From positions 256,001 to 320,000 of the forward strand of contig JANNBC010000024.1 of NCBI GenBank assembly GCA_031385045.1: a DNA stretch of 64,000 bases. The letters run 5' to 3'. Numbering within the stretch: position 1 is the first letter of the stretch; every line of letters begins with the position of its first letter. The notes under the pieces are model-generated. The model was given only the letters and a program-made list of their open reading frames with translations. It did not search any database and was not told the origin of the DNA. Shown here one piece after another: positions 48,028 through 58,655 of this stretch. The position numbers and the translations under genes were made by a program. This DNA comes from a bacterium (lineage in GTDB: Bacteria; Bdellovibrionota_C; UBA2361; CALJRW01).

Positions 48028-49527
48028 GTGAGCAAGACATTATCCCCAGCAACATCACTAATTATTTCGATCTTTGGTGGTGTTGCATTGGGGCTTGCTT
48101 GGATTCTACCCAATACTCTCTACTCAGCACTACTAGGTTTAAGCGCACTTTTCGCACTTATTTTTCCATTAGTTCAAAACTCAAGTTGCTATCTGCAGTA
48201 CTTCCTTTACGGAGTAACAGCTAACCTAATTGCCTTCTACTGGCTAATTCCCACTATTTCTAACTTTGGAGGATATCCTCTTTCTATTAGTATTGGCCTT
48301 TACTTACTTTTTGCAGTTTACCACGCCGGTCTTTATCTTTTATTTCTACTAATCTTTAGAAGAATAAATTCCCGCTTTGCAAACTGGACTATCCTAAAAG
48401 CATTCTTCGCCTGGGGCGCTATTAAGTATATTTATCCAGAGATCTTTCCCTGGGACTTTGCTCATACAATAATAAGTCTTCGCCCTTTGATTCAAGTCGC
48501 AGATCTTGGCGGCTCAATGTTTGTGACGGCAGTAATGTTTGCCATCATCGCACTTCTTAACCAGCTACTTAAATTCGATTTAAAGAAACCAATATTTTTA
48601 ATCAACCTAGCCTGCCTAACTCTAATTATAGGTTATGGACTAAAAAGAATTAATTACTTTGATCAACTGATTGCCCCAGAGAAAAAAATTAGTATCATCC
48701 AATCCGAAGTTTCAATTCAAAAAAGCCAAGGCGTCTCATTTTTAGCCGCTGATCCAAATCGCTATCTGCAGCTCAGCGAAGAGATCCTCCTATCTTTCCA
48801 GCCAGATTTAATTATTTGGCCAGAGACCGTAATTGTTCAACCCGTTTCAACAAGTATTCGTTCCATCTCAGAAACGGCTAATTTACCATATCTCCCCGAT
48901 ACAAATTTAATCACCGGGGCTTTAAGTTACGAAAATAATGCTACTCACAACTCCGCATTTGCAATTTTAAATTCTGGTGAAATCTTACCCCCCTATCATA
49001 AACAAATCCTGATGCCTTTTGGAGAGTTTATGCCCTTTGCCGAAACCTTTCCATTTTTAGCAGAACTAAATCCTAACTTTGCGCCAATTACTCCTGGCAC
49101 TAAAATCAGTATTTTTAATCTGGACAATGGACTTAAGATTGCCCCATTAATTTGCTATGAAGATCTTACTCCAAAGATTAGTCGCCAAGCTACCTTAAAT
49201 GGTGGTAACTTATTAGTTAATCTGACCAATGATGCTTGGTTCGGATACTCTGTTGCCCCATTACAGCATAATTTAATTGCTAGCTTTCGGGCTATTGAAA
49301 ATCGCCGTTACTTAGCACGCTCAACAAATTCTGGACTTACCTCAGTAATTGATCCAACAGGCCTGACCCTGAATCAAATCCCCCTTTTTACAGAAGGACT
49401 GATTAATACTAAAATTAAGCTTATTGAAGAAAGAACATTATATACGAATTTTTATGGTTCTTATTTCTGGTTAATGATAGTAATTATATCATTGTTAATA
49501 ATTGTTTTCCCAAAACGAAAGAAATGA
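48028..49527 (+). CDS. lnt: Apolipoprotein N-acyltransferase
   Basis: Multiple TM segments; IIWPET, YHK..L.PFGE, ICYED, TNDAWFG, RAIEN, N.GLT. Confidence 0.95.
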   Translation: MSKTLSPATSLIISIFGGVALGLAWILPNTLYSALLGLSALFALIFPLVQNSSCYLQYFLYGVTANLIAFYWLIPTISNFGGYPLSISIGLYLLFAVYHAGLYLLFLLIFRRINSRFANWTILKAFFAWGAIKYIYPEIFPWDFAHTIISLRPLIQVADLGGSMFVTAVMFAIIALLNQLLKFDLKKPIFLINLACLTLIIGYGLKRINYFDQLIAPEKKISIIQSEVSIQKSQGVSFLAADPNRYLQLSEEILLSFQPDLIIWPETVIVQPVSTSIRSISETANLPYLPDTNLITGALSYENNATHNSAFAILNSGEILPPYHKQILMPFGEFMPFAETFPFLAELNPNFAPITPGTKISIFNLDNGLKIAPLICYEDLTPKISRQATLNGGNLLVNLTNDAWFGYSVAPLQHNLIASFRAIENRRYLARSTNSGLTSVIDPTGLTLNQIPLFTEGLINTKIKLIEERTLYTNFYGSYFWLMIVIISLLIIVFPKRKK

Positions 49528-50237
49528 ATAGATTTACTTCCCCTGTCTTTAAAACCTTAGCAATATCATTCCTGCTATTAGGTGCTTGCTCTTCTCCGAA
49601 AAAAGGACCTGATAAAACTATTGGTGGCGCAGTGCTTGGAGCTGCTTGGGGAGCTGGTGCTGGCGCAATAGTTGGTCATCAACTTACTCCGGGTAGAACT
49701 GGGGAAGGCCTTGCTGTTGGTGCTGGTGTTGGTTTAGTTAGTGGAGCCCTCCAAGGAGCTGGATACGATCAATTAGAAGATAGTCTAATTGAATACGAAG
49801 ATCAGATCGAAAATTTGCGAATTCAAAACCTTGCTAATGGTCAACAAATTGCCAACCTGCAAGCCAGATTAGATAATGATCAAGCCTTAGAACTTGCCGC
49901 CAATGTCTATCAAGTATTTTTTGAGTCCGATGCCACTAATTTAAAATCAGGCTCGATTAGTAATCTAGAAAAAATTGCCGATCAAATTATTAACAATTCT
50001 AGGATTTCTAAGATTAATGTTGTTGGGCATACCGATGAGACGGGTGATGACAAGTATAACATTAAACTTTCCAAGGAACGTGCTGAATCAGTCGCTGCTT
50101 ACCTGAAGGGACGTGGAATAAGCAATGATCAAATTTTGGTTGCATTTGAAGGAGCCAATCAACCGATCGCTACTAATGCTACACCTGAAGGCAAACAATT
50201 AAATCGTCGAGTGGATGTTACAGTAAACCTTAACTGA
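49524..50237 (+). CDS. OmpA-family lipoprotein with glycine zipper
   Basis: Lipobox LLGAC; GAxxGA zipper; GHTD..G...YN..LS..RA; NRRV. Confidence 0.92.
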   Translation: MNRFTSPVFKTLAISFLLLGACSSPKKGPDKTIGGAVLGAAWGAGAGAIVGHQLTPGRTGEGLAVGAGVGLVSGALQGAGYDQLEDSLIEYEDQIENLRIQNLANGQQIANLQARLDNDQALELAANVYQVFFESDATNLKSGSISNLEKIADQIINNSRISKINVVGHTDETGDDKYNIKLSKERAESVAAYLKGRGISNDQILVAFEGANQPIATNATPEGKQLNRRVDVTVNLN

Positions 50238-50328
50238 AATCAGATATCTAATAACTTCTATTCTTATCTTTTGACAGATGTCATAGGGCAAGCTTGGAAA
50301 GACTTCTAAGTCGCTGGAATTAGAATGA

Positions 50329-50398
50329 AAATATAGTACACCCAAGAATGAATTTCCGAAAAACTTTTTCGGAAATTCATGTTCGTTTTACTATATTT
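50329..50398. repeat. Long intergenic palindrome
   Basis: Perfect ATGAATTTCCGAAAAA-C-TTTTTCGGAAATTCAT (50348-50380), enclosed by AAATATAGTA/TACTATATTT. Confidence 0.85.
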
Positions 50399-50447
50399 GT
50401 TGTTTTTAGGCACTCAAACTTGGCTTTAGCCAGGTTTTGAAAAGCCC

Positions 50448-50498
50448 GAGTCCAAAAAATAATTTCCTTAACAGAAATCCTTTTTGGGACTCTCTATA
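50448..50498. repeat. Degenerate copy of the long palindromic (MITE-like) family
   Basis: GAGTCCAAAAAATAATTTCC-TTAA-CAGAAATCCTTTTTGGGACTCTCTATA. Confidence 0.7.
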
Positions 50499-50653
50499 TC
50501 CTCGTGCCAATCAAGGTTCCCTGCTAAAGGCTAACTTTCCACAAGCTATTATCAAAAACTAACAAACTTTACTATAATCCTTAAAATTGATATAAAAAAT
50601 CTTCTTTTTTTGTGATGTTATCCAAAAAAACTGTCTAAGACTGCAATTTTAAT

Positions 50654-51976
50654 TTGCTAATAATGAATATGAAGAACACCTCCTTTACTGACTATAAAGT
50701 TAAAAATATTGAGCTTGCTGAAGTTGGTCGCAAGATGATTGAAATGGCTGAAAAAGAAATGCCCGGACTAATGTCACTTCGTCAAGAATTTGCTAAAGAG
50801 CAACCTTTAAAAGGTGCAAGAATTGCAGGTTGCTTACATATGACTATTGAGACTGCTGTTTTAATTGAAACATTAATACAGCTTGGAGCTGAAGTCCGTT
50901 GGTCAAGTTGCAATATTTTCTCAACTCAAGATGAAGCTGCGGCAGCAATTGCTGCTGCTGGGATTCCAGTTTTTGCTTGGAAGGGTGAAACTGAAGCAGA
51001 ATATGAGTGGTGCATTGATCAAACTATTATGTTCGGCGAACAAGGTCCAAATATGATCTTAGACGATGGTGGTGACTTAACTAAAATCATTCATGATAAA
51101 TTCTCCCACTTACTTAAAGACATTCGTGGTGTTTCTGAAGAAACAACGACTGGTGTTCTCCGTCTAAACCAAATGTTACAAAAAGGTGAATTAAAAATCC
51201 CAGCATTTAATGTTAACGACTCTGTTACTAAATCTAAGTTTGATAACCTTTATGGTTGCCAAGAATCACTTGCCGATGGAATCAAAAGAGCCACAGATGT
51301 GATGATCGCTGGTAAGGTTGTTGTTGTTGCTGGATACGGTGACGTAGGTAAAGGTTGCGCTCGCTCGATGAAAGCTTTTGGTGCTAGAGTATTAGTAACT
51401 GAAATTGACCCGATCTGTGCGCTACAAGCCGCAATGGAAGGATTTGAAGTTGTTACTATGGAAACTGCAGCTCCAAAGGGTGATATCTTTGTAACTGCTA
51501 CTGGAAATTTCAACGTAATTAATTCTAAGCATTTCCCAGCAATGAAGGATCATGCCATTCTTTGTAACATTGGTCACTTTGACAATGAAATTGATATGGC
51601 TTGGTTGGAGAAACAAGAAGGGATTAAAGAGATTAACATCAAGCCTCAAGTTGATCGTTTCATTATGCCAAACAGCAAATCTTTAATTATTTTAGCTCGT
51701 GGACGATTGGTTAACTTAGGCTGTGGTACAGGTCACCCAAGCTTTGTAATGTCTAGCTCATTTACAAATCAAGTCTTAGCTCAGATTGAACTGTATAAGA
51801 ATGCTGAAAGCTATAAGGTTGGTGTTTACACATTGCCAAAATACTTAGATGAAAAAGTTGCCCGCTTACACCTAGGTAAATTAGGTGTAGAACTTACAAC
51901 TCTAACGCCGGAACAAGCTGCTTATATTGGAGCAACTGTTGATGGCCCGTTTAAACCAGAACATTATCGCTACTAA
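50654..51976 (+). CDS. ahcY: Adenosylhomocysteinase (true start probably the ATG at 50663 or 50669)
   Basis: [59 protein letters not shown]. Confidence 0.98.
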   Translation: MLIMNMKNTSFTDYKVKNIELAEVGRKMIEMAEKEMPGLMSLRQEFAKEQPLKGARIAGCLHMTIETAVLIETLIQLGAEVRWSSCNIFSTQDEAAAAIAAAGIPVFAWKGETEAEYEWCIDQTIMFGEQGPNMILDDGGDLTKIIHDKFSHLLKDIRGVSEETTTGVLRLNQMLQKGELKIPAFNVNDSVTKSKFDNLYGCQESLADGIKRATDVMIAGKVVVVAGYGDVGKGCARSMKAFGARVLVTEIDPICALQAAMEGFEVVTMETAAPKGDIFVTATGNFNVINSKHFPAMKDHAILCNIGHFDNEIDMAWLEKQEGIKEINIKPQVDRFIMPNSKSLIILARGRLVNLGCGTGHPSFVMSSSFTNQVLAQIELYKNAESYKVGVYTLPKYLDEKVARLHLGKLGVELTTLTPEQAAYIGATVDGPFKPEHYRY

Positions 51977-51987
51977 CAAGTAAAACT

Positions 51988-52021
51988 TGTGGCTTTGGAA
52001 TTAATATAATCCAAAGCCACA
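51988..52021 (+). terminator. Hairpin after ahcY
   Basis: TGTGGCTTTGGA...TCCAAAGCCACA; weak U-tract. Confidence 0.6.
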
Positions 52022-52050
52022 TAAAAATTTTTTAAAATTGGAATATAATC

Positions 52051-52164
52051 ATGGGAAAAGGTGATCCTAAAACAAAACGCGGGAAAATTTTTAAGGGTTC
52101 AAATGGCAATAGTCGTAAGAAAAAAACGACTAAAGTTGTGATCCCAACAAAAACTAAGAAATAG
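52051..52164 (+). CDS. thx: 30S ribosomal protein bTHX (bS31/Thx)
   Basis: Translates to MGKGDPKTKRGKIFKGSNGNSRKKKTTKVVIPTKTKK*, matching the Thx signature GKGDxK(T/S)xRGKIxxG(S/T)xG. Shorter than any ORF in the track. Confidence 0.9.
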   Translation: MGKGDPKTKRGKIFKGSNGNSRKKKTTKVVIPTKTKK

Positions 52165-52173
52165 TGTTCCACA

Positions 52174-53037
52174 ATGTTTCGACTGTTCGCCATAATTACA
52201 ACGCTTGTTGTATTTTCTAGCGAACTATTTGCTTGTCCCAGAATTAGACCTAGGCTTGTAGATTACAACTGTGATCAGGCATACAAGGTTGCTGTTATTG
52301 GAGATAGCATTGTCGAAGGCGTTGATGGCGATCGAGAAAATCGTTACACGGATGGAGATGGAGGATATGTCTCCCGCCTCTCCAATCAAACTGGACTAAA
52401 CTTCACAAACATTGGTGTTAAAGGGACTACCACCGACGAACTACTCCGTGGTTTTCGCCGGAATATTGATAAGCGTCTAACTACTAGACTACTTCAACAA
52501 GCAGATATTATTCTGATTGATGTTGGTCGCAATGATTTTTGGAACTCGCCACTAGAACCAGAAACTCTCCCGGCCATTCGAAATATACAAAGAATTATTA
52601 AATTCCTAAAAAAGACATACCAGGAAAGAGATTCTCACATTGTTCCCTACTTTATAGTTGCCACACTAATTCCAACGACTCGAACAAACATAAGACCCCA
52701 TGACTTACAGCTTTATGTCGAAGAATTAAATAGCAATTTACGACGTTTCAAATCTAGAGGTCTCCCTGTTGACATCTACTTTGATCAAGAATTTGATAGT
52801 AGCATTTTAGGGGCAGACGGGCTCCACCCCAATCTAGCTGGCTACCAAAGAATTGCCGACTTTCTAGAGATTGAGTTTAAAGATAGGATTAATGAGATTT
52901 TAAAACTGAAAAGGAAAGACCGCGACAAAGATGGAATTTATGATATCTTCGAATCTTGGTTTGGTATGAACCCGAGGAATCCAGACACTAACAGTGATGG
53001 AATCTTAGATGGTAAAGAAGTATTTCAAAAAAATTAA
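52174..53037 (+). CDS. Secreted SGNH/GDSL hydrolase with C-terminal Ca-binding DxDxDG repeats
   Basis: Signal peptide; IGDSI, GVKG, GRND, DGLHP; tail DRDKDGIYD..E...NPRNPDTNSDGILDG.E. Confidence 0.88.
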   Translation: MFRLFAIITTLVVFSSELFACPRIRPRLVDYNCDQAYKVAVIGDSIVEGVDGDRENRYTDGDGGYVSRLSNQTGLNFTNIGVKGTTTDELLRGFRRNIDKRLTTRLLQQADIILIDVGRNDFWNSPLEPETLPAIRNIQRIIKFLKKTYQERDSHIVPYFIVATLIPTTRTNIRPHDLQLYVEELNSNLRRFKSRGLPVDIYFDQEFDSSILGADGLHPNLAGYQRIADFLEIEFKDRINEILKLKRKDRDKDGIYDIFESWFGMNPRNPDTNSDGILDGKEVFQKN

Positions 53038-53055
53038 TTTACACGAAGGAAGATT

Positions 53056-53445
53056 ATGTCAATTATTAAAGAATTTAAAGAATTTGCCATCAAAGGCAAC
53101 ATGGTTGATATGGCAGTTGGTATTATTATTGGAGCTGCTTTTGGTAAAATTGTATCATCACTTGTTAATGATATTATCATGCCACCAGTTGGCCTAATAA
53201 TGGGTGGCACAGATTTTACAAACTTAAAGCTTACCTTAAAAGAGGCCATTGAAAAAAGTCCTGCTGTAACATTTAATTACGGCAACTTTATCCAAACATC
53301 AATCGACTTCCTCATCTTGGCTTTCTGTATTTTCTTAATGATTAAAGCAATTAATAAAATTAAAAGAAATGAGCCTGTAGTTCCGGCTGGTCCAACAAAC
53401 GAAGAAAAACTTTTGATAGAAATTAGAGATCTCCTAAAAAAGTAA
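53056..53445 (+). CDS. mscL: Large-conductance mechanosensitive channel
   Basis: [44 protein letters not shown]. Confidence 0.97.
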   Translation: MSIIKEFKEFAIKGNMVDMAVGIIIGAAFGKIVSSLVNDIIMPPVGLIMGGTDFTNLKLTLKEAIEKSPAVTFNYGNFIQTSIDFLILAFCIFLMIKAINKIKRNEPVVPAGPTNEEKLLIEIRDLLKK

Positions 53446-53495
53446 CCCTGATAGAGCCTCAAAAAGCACTGCAGCTATCAAATCTTTCGCTACCT

Positions 53496-54209
53496 CTATT
53501 TCAATAGTCCGCGCAGGAAGTAACCCGCATGCTTCGGACTAAGCTTAGATTTCCCTGATGTGCGGAAAGAAAACTGGTACTGCACCTCGTGATAGCTAGT
53601 CTCGCGAGGTGCAACTTTAAGCAAATCAAAAAACACTTTATAACCTTTGGGCTCAAAGCGTTTAGCGAATTGCTTAATCATTGCCTGACAATCTTTGGTA
53701 GTAGCTAAGAAAAATCCAGACATTGGGTCACTAACATGTCTCTGCTTCAAGATCTTCAAGTAAATCTTAGCTAAAAGTGTGGCAGTTTTGGTTACACAAA
53801 TACGATGCCAACCTTGATTCTCCTGATAAGGTTTACGAACTCCAGCAACAATTCTAATTCCAGACTTTGCTAAGTCATATAAATCCTTAATCAGCAGAGG
53901 TGGATGTTGTAGATCAGCATCAATAACTAAAAAATATTCAGTCTGCACTAACAAGATGGCATCGAGCACACTGGCAGTTAAACCTTTAATCGGATTATCC
54001 CGACGATCTAATAATTGGATTCGAACATTCTCACTACTCCATTCTTTAACAATCTCGGCAGTGCGATCCCTACTGCCATCATCAGCAATAATAATTGAAA
54101 CACCAGTGTAGATTTCTGTTAAAACACGTAATAACTCGGCGATATTCTGCTCCTCATTAAGTGTTGGAGAGATAATCGTTAAGTCAGTGAAATCAATTAT
54201 CTCAGTCAT
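53496..54209 (-). CDS. GT2 glycosyltransferase, polyprenol-monophosphomannose synthase-like
   Basis: PTLNEEQNI, ADDGS.D.T, IDADLQHPP, DPMSGFF, R..GKSKL. Confidence 0.88.
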   Translation of the reverse strand: MTEIIDFTDLTIISPTLNEEQNIAELLRVLTEIYTGVSIIIADDGSRDRTAEIVKEWSSENVRIQLLDRRDNPIKGLTASVLDAILLVQTEYFLVIDADLQHPPLLIKDLYDLAKSGIRIVAGVRKPYQENQGWHRICVTKTATLLAKIYLKILKQRHVSDPMSGFFLATTKDCQAMIKQFAKRFEPKGYKVFFDLLKVAPRETSYHEVQYQFSFRTSGKSKLSPKHAGYFLRGLLK

Positions 54210-55153
54210 AATGTAAGCTTTAAATTTCTTTCAATTCTAGGAATTATCGGTTGGGAATTGATAGCTAAATCTCGCCCCATTAATCTAGCAAAAGAACTTA
54301 AGTATAATTCGGCAACAGAACTACGATAATCATCAGTAATTGTTGGGATTGGCCCATCACCCTTAAAGCCCTGATCTAATAACCACTTACGAACATTCTG
54401 CTTATCTAACATTTTAGGACTGACTTCTGATTGATATGCTGTTAGATAAGAGTCGGCTTCCCAGTAACGTGAAGAATCTAAAGTATGGATTTCATCTGCC
54501 AAAATTAACTTTCCGGCAGATAAACCAAATTCATATTTTGTATCTACTAAAATTAATCCCTTTTTTTGAGCAAGCTCCTGACCACGAAGAAATAAAGCAA
54601 TCGCCTTTTCACGCAACTCCTGCCAAATACTGACTGGCACTAAACCTGATCGTAGGATCTCAGCTTCCGATATTGGCAAATCATGATCGCCCTGAGGGGC
54701 TTTCGTGGAAGGTGTTATTAGCGGTTCAGCAAATTGCGAGTAAGGCATCAGACCATTTGGGAGCTTAACTCCGGAAGTATCTCTGCCTGATTGATAATCA
54801 ACTAGCGCACTACCAGTTAAATATCCACGCACGACTACCTCGACTGGCAACATTGCTGCCTGCTTCACAACCATGACATTTGGATCAGGATAATCTACGA
54901 CATGATTTTGAATAATATCAGCAGTCAATTTAAAATTATCCATGGCAAGTTCTGTAACTACCTGCCCCTTAAACGGAATTGTGGTTAAAATACGATCAAA
55001 CGCGCTTAAGCGATCAGTTGTAATTAGATAGCTTAGATCTTTACCAAAATAACAATCTCGAACCTTACCAATATAACGATCTCCTAGTCCCAAAAAATTT
55101 GTCTCCCCTAGAACATTATTCAAATTATCGTGGATTACTTTTTTATAGTTCAT
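54206..55153 (-). CDS. purC: SAICAR synthase
   Basis: GKVRD, TDRLSAFD, PVEVVVRGYLTGS, TPSTKA, LVDTKYEFG, DEIHT.DSSRYW. Confidence 0.96.
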   Translation of the reverse strand: MNYKKVIHDNLNNVLGETNFLGLGDRYIGKVRDCYFGKDLSYLITTDRLSAFDRILTTIPFKGQVVTELAMDNFKLTADIIQNHVVDYPDPNVMVVKQAAMLPVEVVVRGYLTGSALVDYQSGRDTSGVKLPNGLMPYSQFAEPLITPSTKAPQGDHDLPISEAEILRSGLVPVSIWQELREKAIALFLRGQELAQKKGLILVDTKYEFGLSAGKLILADEIHTLDSSRYWEADSYLTAYQSEVSPKMLDKQNVRKWLLDQGFKGDGPIPTITDDYRSSVAELYLSSFARLMGRDLAINSQPIIPRIERNLKLTL

Positions 55154-56213
55154 TTTTATTCTTAATTTTTTTAGTTCGGTGTAATTGTCTAATAACCTTT
55201 AAATTCCATTGAGCTACGGCGGCGGCTTGGGCTGGAAAGTCTAAGGGGTTGGCAATTGTTTTTAAAGCCTTAGTAGATTTAAACTTTTGTAATAATTTTT
55301 TATTCTTCCGAGTAGACTTAAAAATAACTTTTAAATATTTTAGCACCCCAACATTGTTATTAATAGCTACAGCTAGCTCTGAATGCTTGATATTCTTTAA
55401 ATAATACGCAGCTCGATGATACTCTTGAAATATACATTTGAAATTAGCATCCTGCCAAGTGTCAGAATTATTGAGCATTTTTAAAAAAAGGTAATTTGCT
55501 AGTTTAAATCTGAGATAAGCCAGATGAAGCGAAGAGTGCCAAACCTGATAGAAGTTACCTGTTGTCCTAAAACTGATTTCCGATGGTTGCTTAAGTGTTG
55601 CTAATAAACCTGCAGTAAAAGCAACTGTTTGGTCATAGGGATTACGTAGGATTCTAACCATCGTAATATCTGTAATTAACTTCAAACCTAAGTTGAGATC
55701 TTTTGTTAATCTTAATTGATCCAGATTTAGATTATAGGGTGGCGGAAACAGCAGATTTATATATTGATCATTCCCCCAAAGAATAACTTTAGCCTGCTTT
55801 TTTTTGGCAAGTAGCGCCTTTGCTTCGGCATAACTACCTACCGAATAATTTAGTTTATAGATTTTTGCATTAGAGTCAGCAGGTAAAAATTGATCAATAT
55901 CCTCTAAAAACTTGCGGCTTTCCTTGCCATAGAGATCCTCTTCAAAATTAGCCAAATAATACTGGGCATCAAAGAAATCAGGCTTTTTACTAACAATAAT
56001 AAACCATGAGCTAGAAATTAAAATCGATACAATTACAAGAATTGCAGGCATTCGACTGCCATTGATTCTAAGCTTAAAAAGAAATAATGATATCAAAACT
56101 AGAAAAACTAGCTGGGCATAGCCGGGTGCTAAAAGCTGATTCCGAACTATTAACTGATAACTAAGCCCCAGCAGTAGAAAGATCATTATTATAGAAAATA
56201 GTTTAGACTTCAT
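55143..56213 (-). CDS. Hypothetical membrane protein
   Basis: Three N-terminal TM segments plus a soluble basic domain; overlaps the purC start. Confidence 0.7.
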   Translation of the reverse strand: MKSKLFSIIMIFLLLGLSYQLIVRNQLLAPGYAQLVFLVLISLFLFKLRINGSRMPAILVIVSILISSSWFIIVSKKPDFFDAQYYLANFEEDLYGKESRKFLEDIDQFLPADSNAKIYKLNYSVGSYAEAKALLAKKKQAKVILWGNDQYINLLFPPPYNLNLDQLRLTKDLNLGLKLITDITMVRILRNPYDQTVAFTAGLLATLKQPSEISFRTTGNFYQVWHSSLHLAYLRFKLANYLFLKMLNNSDTWQDANFKCIFQEYHRAAYYLKNIKHSELAVAINNNVGVLKYLKVIFKSTRKNKKLLQKFKSTKALKTIANPLDFPAQAAAVAQWNLKVIRQLHRTKKIKNKNEL

Positions 56214-56543
56214 TGACTAGATAATAATATTTTTAAATTCAATAAGGTTTTTAAAAGGCTTTAGAACAAGAGTCCTGTGGCACTCAAGCGATATTGGACA
56301 AAGTCGCTTAAGATAGCTCCATGGAGAATACCTTTTTTCGGCATAATTGTCACAGCAACAATCCAAAGATACAGTAAGGACAGATTAAAATAAATCTGTT
56401 ATAAATTGTTGGCAGAAATTACTTAGATGTTTTTGCTTAAAGGCAAAAAACTATCCGGGCTCAGGAATTTGCGATGACTTAAAATCAGTAAATCCTAGGC
56501 TGTTAACTTTAGTCCCTTTTGAATAAATTTTTTGATCTTCATC

Positions 56544-57059
56544 ATGAGTGTTCTTAAATTAGAAATATATCCATCAAATATCCTACGAGTGGAGAACCAA
56601 GAGATTACTAAAATCACTCCGCAGATCAAAAAATTAATTGCCGACATGATTGAAACAATGTACCACGAACAAGGCATTGGACTTGCTGCGCCACAAATTG
56701 GCCATAATCTGCAAATCGCCGTTATTGATGTTTCTGAAAAGCAGAAATCACCGACGGTCTTAATTAATCCCCAAATTATTAAAACAGAAAATAAAATTAA
56801 ATCTGAAGAAGGTTGCTTAAGTATTCCTGGATATCGAGAAGTCATTCCACGATTTGAAAAAGTTAAGATCACAGCCTTAGATCAAGATTTAAAACGAATC
56901 GAAATTGAGGCTGAGGGATTACTGGCTCGTTGTCTGCAACACGAAATTGATCATCTCCAAGGAATTCTGTTTATTGATCATCTGGGGCGATTAAAGAAGA
57001 GAATGTTCGAAAAATGGTTTCAAAATTATTTAGAACATGGCGATGAGGAAGATGAGTGA
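56544..57059 (+). CDS. def: Peptide deformylase
   Basis: GIGLAAPQIG, EGCLS, QHEIDHL; ATG at 56544 preferred over TTG at 56532. Confidence 0.97.
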   Translation: MSVLKLEIYPSNILRVENQEITKITPQIKKLIADMIETMYHEQGIGLAAPQIGHNLQIAVIDVSEKQKSPTVLINPQIIKTENKIKSEEGCLSIPGYREVIPRFEKVKITALDQDLKRIEIEAEGLLARCLQHEIDHLQGILFIDHLGRLKKRMFEKWFQNYLEHGDEEDE

Positions 57060-58005
57060 TCGACCAAGGATAATTTTTTACGGAACACCGGCATTCTCTG
57101 TTCCTACCTTAATTCAGCTAATTAATAATCCTGCTTGGGAGATTGTGGGAGTAGTAACTCAACCCGATCGACCTAGTGGTCGAGGGAAAAAAATGCAATT
57201 CTCAGCAATTAAAGAACTGGCCCTTCTTCATAATCTGCCGGTGTTACAACCAGAAAATATTAAATGTGAGCTTCCAAATTTCCTCTCTCAGCTAGAACAA
57301 TTAGCCCCACTGGACTGCGCTGTAGTATTAGCTTTTGGACAAATTATCCCTTTAACAGTTCTTAATTTTCCATTACAAGGATCGGTCAATGTACATGCCT
57401 CGTTGCTTCCAAGGTGGCGTGGAGCAGCTCCTATCCACCGAGCTATTGAAGCTGGAGATTTAGAAACTGGTGTTTGCTTAATGAAAATGGAAGCTGGATT
57501 AGATACTGGGGCAGTATATACTTCACAAAAGATAAAAATAGATCGGAATGAATCTACAGGAGAACTTCACGATCGCTTAGCAAAACTTTCTGCTGAAATT
57601 ATTGCTTCTGATCTACTAAAAATTATTAATCAAGAATTAAAACTAACACCTCAAAATCCGGAACAAGTAACCTATGCTAAAAAAATCTCCCGTGCAGAAG
57701 AATTAATTAATTGGGAAGACACGGCGAGTAATATTCACAATAAAATTCGCGCCTTTTCACCTTCTCCTGGAGCCTATACAAACTATCAACAAAAGAACTT
57801 AAAAATACTTTCTTCTGAAGTGCGCTCCGAGCCACATAGTTTCTTACCAGGAACTGTTATTTATACTGATAAAACTACCTTAGAAATTGCTTGCCTTAGT
57901 GACCGATTACAGATTAAAAGTGTTAAGGCTGAAGGTAAGCGAGAAATGTCGATTCAAGACTATTTACAAGGCAATAGTTTCACAGTAGGAGAACAATTAA
58001 TATGA
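57037..58005 (+). CDS. fmt: Methionyl-tRNA formyltransferase (start may be 57052)
   Basis: GTPAFS, TQPDRP.GRG, NVHASLLPRWRGAAPI, GLDTG. Confidence 0.97.
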   Translation: MAMRKMSDRPRIIFYGTPAFSVPTLIQLINNPAWEIVGVVTQPDRPSGRGKKMQFSAIKELALLHNLPVLQPENIKCELPNFLSQLEQLAPLDCAVVLAFGQIIPLTVLNFPLQGSVNVHASLLPRWRGAAPIHRAIEAGDLETGVCLMKMEAGLDTGAVYTSQKIKIDRNESTGELHDRLAKLSAEIIASDLLKIINQELKLTPQNPEQVTYAKKISRAEELINWEDTASNIHNKIRAFSPSPGAYTNYQQKNLKILSSEVRSEPHSFLPGTVIYTDKTTLEIACLSDRLQIKSVKAEGKREMSIQDYLQGNSFTVGEQLI

Positions 58006-58655
58006 TTAATCCCATAATTGCACCCTCAATTTTAGCAGCGAACCTAGGAGATCTCAAACAAGATTTAGAATTAATCAATCAATCCTCAGCTAGCTGGATT
58101 CATATTGATGTCATGGATGGATCCTTTGTTCCACCAATTACTTTTGGCGACAATGTTGTCAGTATTTGCCGAAAACATTCTAAGAAATTTCTAGATGTCC
58201 ACTTAATGACTAATCATCCGGAAAAACATTTCCAAAGTTTTATTAACGCTGGTGCTCAGAGCATTACCTTTCACCTCGAAGCAACAGATTCACCCCTAAA
58301 ACTGCTAGATTTTCTTAAAAAAAATAAAGTTCAAGCTGGGCTTGCAATTAAACCAAATACTCCTTGGGAGTCATTTCATGACCTAATAAACTCTGTAGAT
58401 TTGTTACTAATTATGACTGTTGAGCCGGGATACGGTGGTCAAAAATTCATGCCTGAAATGCTAGATAAAATTAAATTAAGCAGTGATCTAATTTGCAAAA
58501 ATCAATTCTCCGCTAAAATTCAAGTTGATGGAGGAATTAACCAAGAGACTGGAAAACTTTGCTACCAAGCAGGTGCTGAAATATTTGTTGCTGGGTCTTA
58601 TATTTTTAATCATCCAGATCCAAAATCCCAAATTAACAATTTATCATTTAAATAG
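58002..58655 (+). CDS. rpe: Ribulose-phosphate 3-epimerase
   Basis: IAPSIL, HIDVMDG, DVHLM, MTVEPGYGGQ, VDGG, VAGS. Confidence 0.96.
   Translation: MINPIIAPSILAANLGDLKQDLELINQSSASWIHIDVMDGSFVPPITFGDNVVSICRKHSKKFLDVHLMTNHPEKHFQSFINAGAQSITFHLEATDSPLKLLDFLKKNKVQAGLAIKPNTPWESFHDLINSVDLLLIMTVEPGYGGQKFMPEMLDKIKLSSDLICKNQFSAKIQVDGGINQETGKLCYQAGAEIFVAGSYIFNHPDPKSQINNLSFK

Noticed and set aside
50500..50660. SAH riboswitch upstream of ahcY
   Set aside because: The conserved GAGCG..GCGAC / CAGGCT / GGCGCTC elements were not found.
56220..56500. Small ORF or ncRNA upstream of def
   Set aside because: Only a 27-aa ATG ORF and a weak ~50-aa TTG ORF were found, with no recognisable RNA motif.
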